From NCBI GenBank assembly GCA_016283935.1, contig JAEENX010000013.1, positions 24,730 to 88,729 of the forward strand: a DNA stretch of 64,000 bases. Direction: 5' to 3'. The notes beneath the pieces are model-generated. The model saw only the letters and a list, made by a program, of their open reading frames with translations, did no database searches and was not told the origin of the DNA. This DNA is from Bacilli bacterium (lineage in GTDB: Bacteria > Bacillota_I > Bacilli_A > RF39 > UBA660). Both the position numbers and the translations under genes were made by a program. Positions 10,238-19,556 of this stretch are shown here, piece by piece. Within the stretch, counting starts at the first letter, position 1. The number at the start of each line of letters is the position of its first letter.

Positions 10238-10287
10238 ACACCTCCTTGTGGTCTATTTGGCTTATATCTACATATAAGCAAGGAGCT
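10238..10287 (-). promoter_or_regulatory. S6:S18 ribosomal protein leader RNA (rpsF autoregulation)
   Basis: CUCCUUG pairs with CAAGGAG (the RBS); inner hairpin CUUAUAU-GUAG-AUAUAAG followed by a CCA (CCR) motif; TGCTATAAT promoter just upstream. Confidence 0.85.
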
Positions 10288-10377
10288 TTTCGCTCGAAAG
10301 TATTATAGCAAAGATACAATTGTTTGTAAACAACTAAAATAATTTAATTGTAAATAAAAAAAGCAACCTAGTTGCTT

Positions 10378-10926
10378 TTATTTATATACTACATTTCCTT
10401 GTGAATTAATAACTAAAGAATATGTATCTCCACTTTGATTTACAAGGTTAGCTACAACAAATGTATTTCCACCGAATTTCTTAGCTTCAAAAGTATCAAA
10501 TTCATATCCAGCAGTTGCATTAACAACGCTTCCGTTTACTGTTAAAGTAGATGCAATATTTGATTTATGTTCTCCGCTTAAATTATAAGTTTCAGTTACT
10601 AATAAAGTATATCCTTTAATAATTGATGAATCACTAACATTTTTTACGCATTTAACATTTCCATTTGAGTTAGTACAAACTTTATCTTCTAAAGTAGCAT
10701 CAATAAATCTAATTTCTTTTGAAATTCCACCATCAAGCTTTGATGCAAGTTTTGAAGAAACTTTTCCTAATCTAGCTTCTACAAATCCTTTTTCAGTAAA
10801 TGCATATGCACTTACGCCAATAGCAGCAATTCCTAAGATATAAATTAATATAATAGAAATAACACTTATCTCTCTAACTCTCTTATTTTTAGCAACTTCT
10901 TCTTTTTTTGTTTTCTTTTCAGCCAT
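10378..10926 (-). CDS. Hypothetical single-TM membrane protein
   Basis: Basic N-terminus, one TM, own promoter, RBS and terminator. Confidence 0.75.
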   Translation of the reverse strand: MAEKKTKKEEVAKNKRVREISVISIILIYILGIAAIGVSAYAFTEKGFVEARLGKVSSKLASKLDGGISKEIRFIDATLEDKVCTNSNGNVKCVKNVSDSSIIKGYTLLVTETYNLSGEHKSNIASTLTVNGSVVNATAGYEFDTFEAKKFGGNTFVVANLVNQSGDTYSLVINSQGNVVYK

Positions 10927-10987
10927 ACCACACTTCTCCTATTCTAAATACATTATAATATAAAAAAACAGACTTTTAAAGTCTATT

Positions 10988-12088
10988 TTATACATTAAAT
11001 CTAAAGTATACAATATCTCCGTCTTGCATTAGATATTCTTTACCTTCAAGTCTAACTTTTCCAGCTTCTTTAACCTTTAATTCAGTTCCATATGTAACTA
11101 AATCATCATAGCTCATTACTTCAGCTCTAATAAATCCTTTTTCGAAATCGGTATGAATAATACCAGCACATTTAGGAGCTTTCATACCTTTTTTAAATGT
11201 CCAAGCTCTACATTCATCAGTTCCAGCAGTAAAGAATGTTGCTAAACCTAATAAATCATATGTTTCAAATATTAATTTATCTAAGCCTGAGTTAGTTATA
11301 CCTAAATCAGTCATGAATAATTCTCTGTCTTCGTTTGAAAGTGATGCAAGTTCTTCTTCGATTCTAGCACACATTACTATTACGCCTGCGCCTTCTTCAT
11401 CAGCATATTTAGAAACTCTATCAGTATATTCATTTCTTCCAACAGCAATATCTTCTTCAGATACATTAGTAACATATATAATTGGTTTAGAAGTAATAAA
11501 TTGGAAACCTCTCATAACTGATAATTCATCTTCATTAAAATCTATTCTTCTTAAAGGAATATTATTTTCTAATGCTTCCTTACACTTATTTAATGTTCCA
11601 ATTTCTAATAGTTCTTGTTTATCTTTAGTCATTTGAGCTTTCTTACCCATTCTAGCAATTCTATTTTCAACAATTTCTAAATCGGATAAGATTAATTCAG
11701 TATTAATAATCTCAATATCTCTTATAGGATCTACTCCACCTTCAACGTGAGTAATATCACTATTTTCAAAACATCTAACTACTTCTACAACAGCATCTAC
11801 TTCTCTAATATGAGATAAGAATTTATTTCCTAAACCTTCACCTGTTGAAGCACCTTTAACTAAACCAGCAATATCAATAAATTCGTATGCTGTAGGAACT
11901 AAACTTTTTGGTTTATACATTTCATTTAAGAAATCTAATCTTTTATCAGGAACAGTAACTACTCCTACATTTGGTTCAATAGTAGCAAATGGATAATTTG
12001 CTGCTAATGCTTGTTGTTTTGTAATAGCGTTGAAAAGTGTAGACTTACCAACATTAGGAAGTCCAACTATACCAGCTTTTAATGACAT
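10988..12088 (-). CDS. ychF: Redox-regulated ATPase YchF
   Basis: GLPNVGKST, NYPFATIEPN, DIAGLV, TGS C-terminus. Confidence 0.98.
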   Translation of the reverse strand: MSLKAGIVGLPNVGKSTLFNAITKQQALAANYPFATIEPNVGVVTVPDKRLDFLNEMYKPKSLVPTAYEFIDIAGLVKGASTGEGLGNKFLSHIREVDAVVEVVRCFENSDITHVEGGVDPIRDIEIINTELILSDLEIVENRIARMGKKAQMTKDKQELLEIGTLNKCKEALENNIPLRRIDFNEDELSVMRGFQFITSKPIIYVTNVSEEDIAVGRNEYTDRVSKYADEEGAGVIVMCARIEEELASLSNEDRELFMTDLGITNSGLDKLIFETYDLLGLATFFTAGTDECRAWTFKKGMKAPKCAGIIHTDFEKGFIRAEVMSYDDLVTYGTELKVKEAGKVRLEGKEYLMQDGDIVYFRFNV

Positions 12089-12143
12089 AATCATTCCTCA
12101 TTTCTTCTTGAGATATTATAGCATAAAAAAAGCTAGTTTTTAA

Positions 12144-13277
12144 CTAACTTTTTAAGGTAACATCAATAGTTTTTTCTTTTCCATCTCTGATATAAGTAAT
12201 TGATACTTTATCTCCTACTGAATATCTATATAAATAATATCTAAAGTATTTATAGTTTTTAACTTCATAGTCACCTATCTTAGTAACTATATCACCTTTC
12301 TTTAATCCAGCAGATGCAGCAGTCGAATCATTTTCTACAGAAGTAATTAAAGCACCACTTGTAACAGATTTATCAACAGTAATATTATATCTTTCAGCAG
12401 AATCAATATCACTTACTGATACACCAAAGAATGGTCTAGTAACTTTACCATCTTCTCTTAATTGTCTTGCAACATTTAAAGCATCTTCAATTGGAATAGC
12501 AAATCCCATATTTTCAATAGAAACAGAACTATAAGAACTTGATAATTTACTATTATTAATTCCTACTAATTGACCATTTGAATTGGCAAGAGGTCCACCT
12601 GAATTACCAGAGTTAATTGTTGCATCAATTTGTAATAAGCTCATGTACCAAGAATTACCTTGTGAAAATCCATAAGAATTACTATTTGAACTTCTCATTT
12701 GGCACATTCTATCTTTACCAGATAATATACCTCTTGTAACTGTAAATTTATAACTTAAACTTACTGGAGTACCAATTGCAAAAACAGTATCTCCTAATTC
12801 TAAATCATTAGAACTACCAATTTCAGCTTTAGCTTTAATTGTTTCAACTGGAACTTTAACAACTGCTATATCTTGAATTTCATCTGAACCAACAAGTTCT
12901 CCTTGTACTTCAGAATCATCAGTATAAACAATTAAAATATATTTTCCACCATCTACAACATGGTGATTAGTTAAAATATATGCATACTCATCATCAGTAT
13001 CATATACAACTCCAGATCCCCATCCAGTTAAATCATCTTTTGAATTACCAACTTCAACTATAACTGTAGCATCATATAATTTAGAAACAGCATCGGCAAT
13101 CCCTTCATCAGTTACAGTAACTTCTTTTTCAGTTTTAGTAATATTTATTGTTTCATTCTTAAAAATCTTTTTTAAATCAACTTGAGATAAAACTCCAACC
13201 CCAAGTAATAAAACAAATACTACAATTGCTATAGCAATAACAACCTTAACACCCTTATCGTTATTATTTGTATTCAT
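12144..13277 (-). CDS. HtrA-like trypsin serine protease with PDZ domain
   Basis: TM anchor, TNHHV, DIAV, GNSGG triad motifs, C-terminal PDZ. Confidence 0.93.
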   Translation of the reverse strand: MNTNNNDKGVKVVIAIAIVVFVLLLGVGVLSQVDLKKIFKNETINITKTEKEVTVTDEGIADAVSKLYDATVIVEVGNSKDDLTGWGSGVVYDTDDEYAYILTNHHVVDGGKYILIVYTDDSEVQGELVGSDEIQDIAVVKVPVETIKAKAEIGSSNDLELGDTVFAIGTPVSLSYKFTVTRGILSGKDRMCQMRSSNSNSYGFSQGNSWYMSLLQIDATINSGNSGGPLANSNGQLVGINNSKLSSSYSSVSIENMGFAIPIEDALNVARQLREDGKVTRPFFGVSVSDIDSAERYNITVDKSVTSGALITSVENDSTAASAGLKKGDIVTKIGDYEVKNYKYFRYYLYRYSVGDKVSITYIRDGKEKTIDVTLKS

Positions 13278-13287
13278 AATACACTTC

Positions 13288-14217
13288 CTATTCCATATCT
13301 AATAATTCTAAATAATTAGTTGGGAATCCCATATGATCTAATACATAATAAACAGGAATTGAATTTAACTTACCTGCTAATCTATCTAGTTCATATGAAA
13401 CTTCATTTAGAAATAATCTAAAGTCATCTTTAGATAATAAATATTTGAATATAATAACTACAGCAAATACATCACCTTTACCATACATATATTCATCTTC
13501 CATTTTGCTTATATGTAATGCTTCATGATATTTATTATCAGGAATAACTTTTTGTGTGTGATGTTCAAACAATATATCTTCGTGAGCACATAAATTTCTA
13601 TAATTAGACAATATTGGTAAGAATGTTAATAGATTTTCAGGATCTACATGGAACTCTTTAGCAATATCTTTTTGATCCATATCTTTCATAATTGTATATA
13701 ACTCAGATGTAATACCAAAAGATAATACTTTAACTACAACCCATAAAGGAATATATCCATAATTATTAATGTAGTGTTTAGTAGCATCATGTTGTCCACC
13801 ATTAATTCTTATTTGTCTTTTCATTTTTCTTAATAAATCATTTACTTGTCTTTGTTTTTCATGACTTTGGACATAATTTTGTGGTCTTAAATAATCGTTT
13901 TCTTTATATCCATACTTATGAGATAAAACATAGGAAAAAATACTCTTACAGTTATTTTCAATAATTAATACATTTTTAAAAATTATATTTCTAAGTTGTC
14001 TATCAAATGTGAATAGAGCATATAATTCTCTAAAATTAGTACCTTCCCTAAATGTTTTACTTCCATCTGATTTATAAAATAAATGACGATACCCCATTAA
14101 AAAGAAATAATTCTCACGTAAGATGATATTTCTAGCATATTCGATATCATCTATAACTAAGCCTTTCCCTTTTAATATTTCTATTTGTTCGTCAAGAGTC
14201 TTAAATACTTTTTCCAT
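13288..14217 (-). CDS. Abi family (Abi_2, AbiD/F-like) HEPN protein
   Basis: FKTLDEQIEIL, FDRQLR, IPLWV, SFG and RNLCAH (Rx4H) motifs. Confidence 0.85.
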   Translation of the reverse strand: MEKVFKTLDEQIEILKGKGLVIDDIEYARNIILRENYFFLMGYRHLFYKSDGSKTFREGTNFRELYALFTFDRQLRNIIFKNVLIIENNCKSIFSYVLSHKYGYKENDYLRPQNYVQSHEKQRQVNDLLRKMKRQIRINGGQHDATKHYINNYGYIPLWVVVKVLSFGITSELYTIMKDMDQKDIAKEFHVDPENLLTFLPILSNYRNLCAHEDILFEHHTQKVIPDNKYHEALHISKMEDEYMYGKGDVFAVVIIFKYLLSKDDFRLFLNEVSYELDRLAGKLNSIPVYYVLDHMGFPTNYLELLDME

Positions 14218-14315
14218 ACTCTCACCTATTATAAATAATATCACATCTCACAATAAAAATATACAAAAGTTATATGAATTTAATATGAAAAAAAGAAATG
14301 CATAAGCATTTCTTA

Positions 14316-14810
14316 TTAAGCAGCGTTTGGCATAACAAACGGATTTGAATTCTTTGGCAAATTTGGATTAGTTAAAGTTAATGATTTAACATTTTGATTT
14401 GATAATGATTGAGTTTCACCAGCTAAATCATTAACTCCGTTTGTAGGTTCGTTACTAATATCAGAAGTATTTTCAGAAACTGGAGTTTCATTAACTACTT
14501 CATGTGATTCAGAAGCCACCTCTTCTGCAAGCATATTTGATACATTCTTATCTTCAGCTTCTTCAGGTGTGTCGAATTTTTTTCTATAGTCAGATAAATC
14601 AACAGCAAGATTTCTTAAAGATTTTAAAATTGTAATAAGTTCTTTCTTTGCATCAACAGGAACTACAGTTGCTACAAGAGAAATATCAGCTAAAGACTTA
14701 TTTAATTCAACACAAATATCATCAAATGCTTTAGCATCCAATTTATCTTTTATTCCATCAAATACTGTTTGTTGTTCATTAATTACATTTCTAAATCTAC
14801 TGAAATCCAT
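14316..14810 (-). CDS. Hypothetical protein with acidic low-complexity C-terminus
   Basis: ORF with AAGGTG RBS and downstream terminator hairpin. Confidence 0.7.
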   Translation of the reverse strand: MDFSRFRNVINEQQTVFDGIKDKLDAKAFDDICVELNKSLADISLVATVVPVDAKKELITILKSLRNLAVDLSDYRKKFDTPEEAEDKNVSNMLAEEVASESHEVVNETPVSENTSDISNEPTNGVNDLAGETQSLSNQNVKSLTLTNPNLPKNSNPFVMPNAA

Positions 14811-14907
14811 ATTACACACCTTCTTAATATTATTATATATCAGCATATGTCAACTCAAGTAAAGAAAGTGTATGATTTACAAATATATTTACAATAAAAA
14901 ATGTGGA

Positions 14908-15354
14908 TTAATATCCACATTTTTCAAATATATCATCAGCTCTAGCTTTATAGTCAGATATAGCTTTAACATATAATAAAGTATTATCAACATAAGCTAT
15001 TCTATAATATGATTCATCATTCCACATTTTTATTGATGAATAATTTTCGCCTTTATCAATTTCATCTTCTTTATTAAACATATTATTAGCAACATTATTA
15101 ACTTCATCTATATAAATATTACCCATATCAAACATTCTATTTCCTTCGTAGAAGTAGAAAGTAATACCTTCACTGTCATAATAATATGCCTTTTTTACAT
15201 AATCTAATTTATTAGAAATATCAACTAAACTATAATTAGGACCTATTTTATTATAAAAATCATCAGCTGATATTTTTTCCTTTTTATTAGAACATCCAGT
15301 TAATAAACCTAAAGTTAAAACTGAAACTACTAATAATAAAATACTTTTTTTCAT
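14908..15354 (-). CDS. Hypothetical lipoprotein
   Basis: LTGC lipobox; GAGG RBS. Confidence 0.78.
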   Translation of the reverse strand: MKKSILLLVVSVLTLGLLTGCSNKKEKISADDFYNKIGPNYSLVDISNKLDYVKKAYYYDSEGITFYFYEGNRMFDMGNIYIDEVNNVANNMFNKEDEIDKGENYSSIKMWNDESYYRIAYVDNTLLYVKAISDYKARADDIFEKCGY

Positions 15355-15363
15355 AAAACCCTC

Positions 15364-16197
15364 CTAGAATGTTTTTATATTCATAGATTCATATGTATCA
15401 GTTATAGCAATAAATGCATCAGGATCAATAGTCTTTATTCCTTCTTTTAATTTAAAATAATCTTTACTATTAATTACTGCTAATAATATTTGATTTTTCT
15501 TTTGACTATATCCGCCTTTAACATCTAATACAGTTAATTCGTATTTCATATGTCTAATAATAAAATCTTTAACTTCTTTTTCTTTAGAAGTTATAACATA
15601 GAATATTTTACTATCATTTATACCAAATCTGGCTTTAGTAATTAAATACTTACTAGCAAATATAATTATAAGTGAATAAATAACTGACATATATCCATTT
15701 GTAATAAATAAAACTATTAGAATTAAAATATCTAAAATCCATGAATAAGCTTTAGATCTAAATTTAGTAACTTCTCCAATAGTTTCTTCTATTAAAAATA
15801 TATTACCTGCTCCATGTCCATTTTTATATATAAGACTATATCCAAAACCTATTAAAAAACTTGATACTAATATAGATACTACTAATTCAGGTAATTCTAT
15901 TACTACATTTTTTAATAGAATCATATTAACCATGATTAATACTGGTATTAATAAGGATGGTAATATATATTTTTTTACTTCATCAATATCTAACACCAAT
16001 AAAGATATTAAAATAAATACAGCATTTAAAACTAATATATTAATACCTGGATTAACACCATTTGTGTAATATAACAAAGCACCTACACCATCAATACCAA
16101 ATGATAATACTTTATTAGGTAATATTAATAATACAAAACTTAATGCTATAAGTTCGCATCCTATTATTACCGCTAAATAATTTAATACCTTCCTCAT
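15364..16197 (-). CDS. YitT family membrane protein
   Basis: Multiple TMs plus C-terminal KGGYS...IDPDAFI domain. Confidence 0.88.
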   Translation of the reverse strand: MRKVLNYLAVIIGCELIALSFVLLILPNKVLSFGIDGVGALLYYTNGVNPGINILVLNAVFILISLLVLDIDEVKKYILPSLLIPVLIMVNMILLKNVVIELPELVVSILVSSFLIGFGYSLIYKNGHGAGNIFLIEETIGEVTKFRSKAYSWILDILILIVLFITNGYMSVIYSLIIIFASKYLITKARFGINDSKIFYVITSKEKEVKDFIIRHMKYELTVLDVKGGYSQKKNQILLAVINSKDYFKLKEGIKTIDPDAFIAITDTYESMNIKTF

Positions 16198-16202
16198 ATT
16201 CT

Positions 16203-17301
16203 TTACCTCTTTATTCTTAAATAAGCATCAATGAATTGATATAAATCACCATCTAATACTTTATAAGCTTGTGATGTTTCATATCCGCTTCTTTGATCTT
16301 TAACTAATGTATAAGGCTCTAATACATAATTTCTTATTTGACTACCAAAATCAATATTAGAATTACCTTTTAAATCATTAATTTCTTTATTCTGTTTTTC
16401 AACTTCTAATTGATATAGTTTACTCTTCAAAATATTCATAGCTGTTTCTTTATTTCTTAATTGGCTTCTTTCATTTTGACAAGTAACAACTATACCTGAT
16501 GGTATATGACTTATTCTAACAGCTGAATCAGTAGTATTAACTCCTTGTCCACCATTTCCTGAAGATCTATACACATCTATTCTTATATCTTCATCTTTAA
16601 TATCAATATCTTTAGATACTTCACTAAATTCAGGTGTAACATTAACTGCTGCAAATGATGTTTGTCTTTTACCTGCTGCATTAAAAGGACTAATTCTAAC
16701 TAATCTATGAACACCAATTTCAGATTTTAAATATCCATATGCATACATTCCTTCAACATATATCATGACTGATTTAATACCAGCTTCTTCGCCAGGTTGT
16801 TGATCTAATATGCTATATTTAAAACCAAACTTATCAAAAAACATTGTATACATACGAAGTAACATAGAAGCCCAATCACATGATTCAGTACCTCCAGCTC
16901 CTGGATGTATTTCTAAATAACAATTACCAGCATCATATTCACCATTTAACAATGACTTTGTTTGAAATTCATCTACTAAAGATTTTATATTAACTAATTC
17001 ATCTTCAATATTCTTTAATTCATTTTCATCTGGTTCTAATTCTAATAATTGTAGAAGTTCTAAATTATTATCGATATTTGATAATAGATTATCATATTCT
17101 GATATATCTTTTTTTAATCCAGCTAAGTTTTGATTTAATTTATTAGCTTCATCCGGATTATTCCAAATATCAGGATTACTTAATTTTGATTCTAATTCAC
17201 TTATCTTAGATTTTTTATCTTCTAAGTCAAAGTGACCTCCCAATATCAATAATATTTGTTTTAAGATTTAATAATTCATTTTTTATTTCATTAATATTCA
17301 T
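16203..17301 (-). CDS. prfB: Peptide chain release factor 2 (programmed +1 frameshift)
   Basis: 24-codon first frame from ATG 17301 ends GGG AGG TCA CTT TGA C; second frame has SPF and GGQ motifs. Confidence 0.97.
17226..17241 (-). promoter_or_regulatory. prfB +1 ribosomal frameshift site
   Basis: Internal Shine-Dalgarno GGGAGG, 3-nt spacer, CTT TGA C. Confidence 0.95.
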
Positions 17302-17360
17302 CTTTAAACACCTTCTATTGAAATTATACCATTTAATAGGCAAAATAAAAAGATGATAAA

Positions 17361-18161
17361 TCATCTCTTTAATTCATAAAAATTACAATGTCTACACATA
17401 GGATGTATCTTTTTATTATTTAAGAATCCTTCTTTTATAGATTTGAATGTTTTTCCATTTATAATCTCATCTAATGAAGATTCATACATATTTCCTAAGT
17501 TAATACAACCATTTGAATCTAAACAACATGGTACAACAGTACCATCTACAAGTATTCCTATATGAGATCTAGTTCCCATACAAGAACCTTTTTCTTCGTA
17601 GTAATCATTTTCTAATGAAGGCCATATAAATTCTTGTTCAACTTGATAAAACACATTTTTATCTAAAGTAATATGATCAATATCACCAATATATATATTA
17701 TATTTTTCTTCTAATTTGTTAATAATTTTATCTTTATTAACATTATCTACTCACATTCTATATTCAATATAAGTATTCTTGCTTAATTTATCAACTGAAT
17801 CAAATATATTATTCATATACTCATCTAGTGTTGTTTTATATTTATCATCAAAAGAATGTAATGATATATTTATTTGTCTTATATTTTTGTTATCTTTAAT
17901 TCTATTAATTAAATAACCATTTGTAGTAATATTAATCTTAAATTTTTTAGATGCAATATTAATTAAATCATTTATTTTAGGATGTAATAACGGTTCACCC
18001 ATTACATGAAAATATAAATAATCAGTATATCCATCTAACTTATTTAATAATAATTTAAAATTTTCAATATCAATAAACTTTTTCTCTCTTTTATTACCAA
18101 TACAAAAATCACACTTTAAATTACAATTATTAGTTATTTCTACATAAATCTTTTTAAACAT
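17361..18161 (-). pseudogene. Radical SAM/SPASM(twitch) protein interrupted by one in-frame TGA at 17751-17753 (pseudogene or readthrough)
   Basis: CNLKCDFC and GEP in 5' part; same frame continues after YRM-TGA into C...PCCLD...CRHC domain. Confidence 0.75.
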
Positions 18162-19167
18162 TATCTAATATCCATTCTTGTAAATATTTTATTTCAGAAT
18201 CACAGTATTCACATTTACTCTTAGTAACATCTATAGAAGCACCACAGTTATGGCACATCATAACATTAGTATCATTACTTAATTCAGTTGTTCCATTTTT
18301 ATTTTGTTTAAATCTAAATATTTTCTTTATATATCTAGAATGAAAATCACCATCGAAATTAACAACTCTTATATATGCTTCAACCTCAATGTATCTATTA
18401 TCTTTAATAACATAATCTTTAAACGAATCAAAATCTATTACATCATAATCAATAACATCTTTTTTATTATAATAATATTTTCTTACTTCATAATTAAAAT
18501 TATTAAAGAATGTAACTTTATCTAAACCACTCTTTTTCCAAAATAATCTTTGTTTATTATTTAATTTATCTTTATATCTTTTAATAGGTCCTAAAATAAT
18601 ATATGCATCTAATGTATAAAAGACATAATAGAATAATAATGATGCTATCATGCCAAATATAAAAATCTTATATATATCATTAATATTAAATGTTCTAGAT
18701 GTATTTTTAATAATCAAATATGTTATTAAAAAACATATTAAGAAATCTATTATAGCCGAAATAATTCTATAAGATTTATTTCTAAGAACTCTATCATAAT
18801 ATTTCTTACTTCCTAAATCCTTTTCTTGATAATCTAAATTATAATATGTACCACAATAAGGACAACCACCATTAAAATCTTTTAATTTAGCAGTCATTCC
18901 ACAATTTGGACATGTATAATTTTTATCACTATTTTTATTTTCAACAAAACTATATTCTATTCTTGTATCAAATTCATGTTCAGTATGTTTTAATTCATTA
19001 TTTAAGTAGTATTCTTTTTTTACTCTAATACCATTATTTATATTATCATCTCTAGATCCATCAGTATTTCTTTCATATCTAATACCATCAACTAAATATA
19101 TAGTTTTAATATTAATCTTTTTACTATCTAATTTCTTTTTATGAAATACATCAGATACATATACCAT
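18154..19167 (-). CDS. Membrane protein with two zinc ribbons and possible Tim44-like domain
   Basis: CPNC..CPYC, two TMs, C-terminal CHNCGA..CEYC..EWIL pattern. Confidence 0.7.
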   Translation of the reverse strand: MVYVSDVFHKKKLDSKKINIKTIYLVDGIRYERNTDGSRDDNINNGIRVKKEYYLNNELKHTEHEFDTRIEYSFVENKNSDKNYTCPNCGMTAKLKDFNGGCPYCGTYYNLDYQEKDLGSKKYYDRVLRNKSYRIISAIIDFLICFLITYLIIKNTSRTFNINDIYKIFIFGMIASLLFYYVFYTLDAYIILGPIKRYKDKLNNKQRLFWKKSGLDKVTFFNNFNYEVRKYYYNKKDVIDYDVIDFDSFKDYVIKDNRYIEVEAYIRVVNFDGDFHSRYIKKIFRFKQNKNGTTELSNDTNVMMCHNCGASIDVTKSKCEYCDSEIKYLQEWILDNV

Positions 19168-19178
19168 ATATACCAATC

Positions 19179-19556
19179 CTATCTATTATTGTTGTTATTG
19201 TTATTATTGTTATTATTATTATTGTTAGATGATCCTCCACCACTAGAAGACCAACTACTACCACCGCTATAGGAAGAAGCAACATAATGTTCAATTAATT
19301 TAAACTTATCTCCATCCCATATTATTCCATCATAAGAAGCAGATTTTATAGGAGCATCTATATATTGAATAATTTCATTATCTTTAATAAGAGTAATATA
19401 TTTAGCTCCGCATCTTACTTGGCCATCTGGATTTTCAGTCTTAAAGTTTAATATTAAATCATATACATTTTGAGATATATCATAAGCTTTAACTATTTCA
19501 TACATTCTCTTTTTATTAATTATTCCTTGATATGATTTTGGTTCATTTGCTTTCAT
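19179..19556 (-). CDS. Hypothetical 125-aa protein with Ser/Gly-rich and poly-Asn tail
   Basis: TAATG overlap with upstream radical SAM gene; GGGAG RBS; tail SSYSGGSSWSSSGGGSS-N14-R. Confidence 0.8.
   Translation of the reverse strand: MKANEPKSYQGIINKKRMYEIVKAYDISQNVYDLILNFKTENPDGQVRCGAKYITLIKDNEIIQYIDAPIKSASYDGIIWDGDKFKLIEHYVASSYSGGSSWSSSGGGSSNNNNNNNNNNNNNNR
19185..19226 (-). repeat. (AAT/AAC)14 coding repeat (poly-Asn)
   Basis: 14 consecutive Asn codons, 9 AAT and 5 AAC. Confidence 0.95.

Noticed and set aside
6798..12088. Replication origin near dnaB/rpsF/ychF
   Set aside because: No dnaA, no DnaA-box cluster and no switch in gene-strand bias within the window
17751..17753. Selenocysteine at the in-frame TGA
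   Set aside because: The position is not in a Cys motif and the downstream sequence is AT-rich with no SECIS-like hairpin
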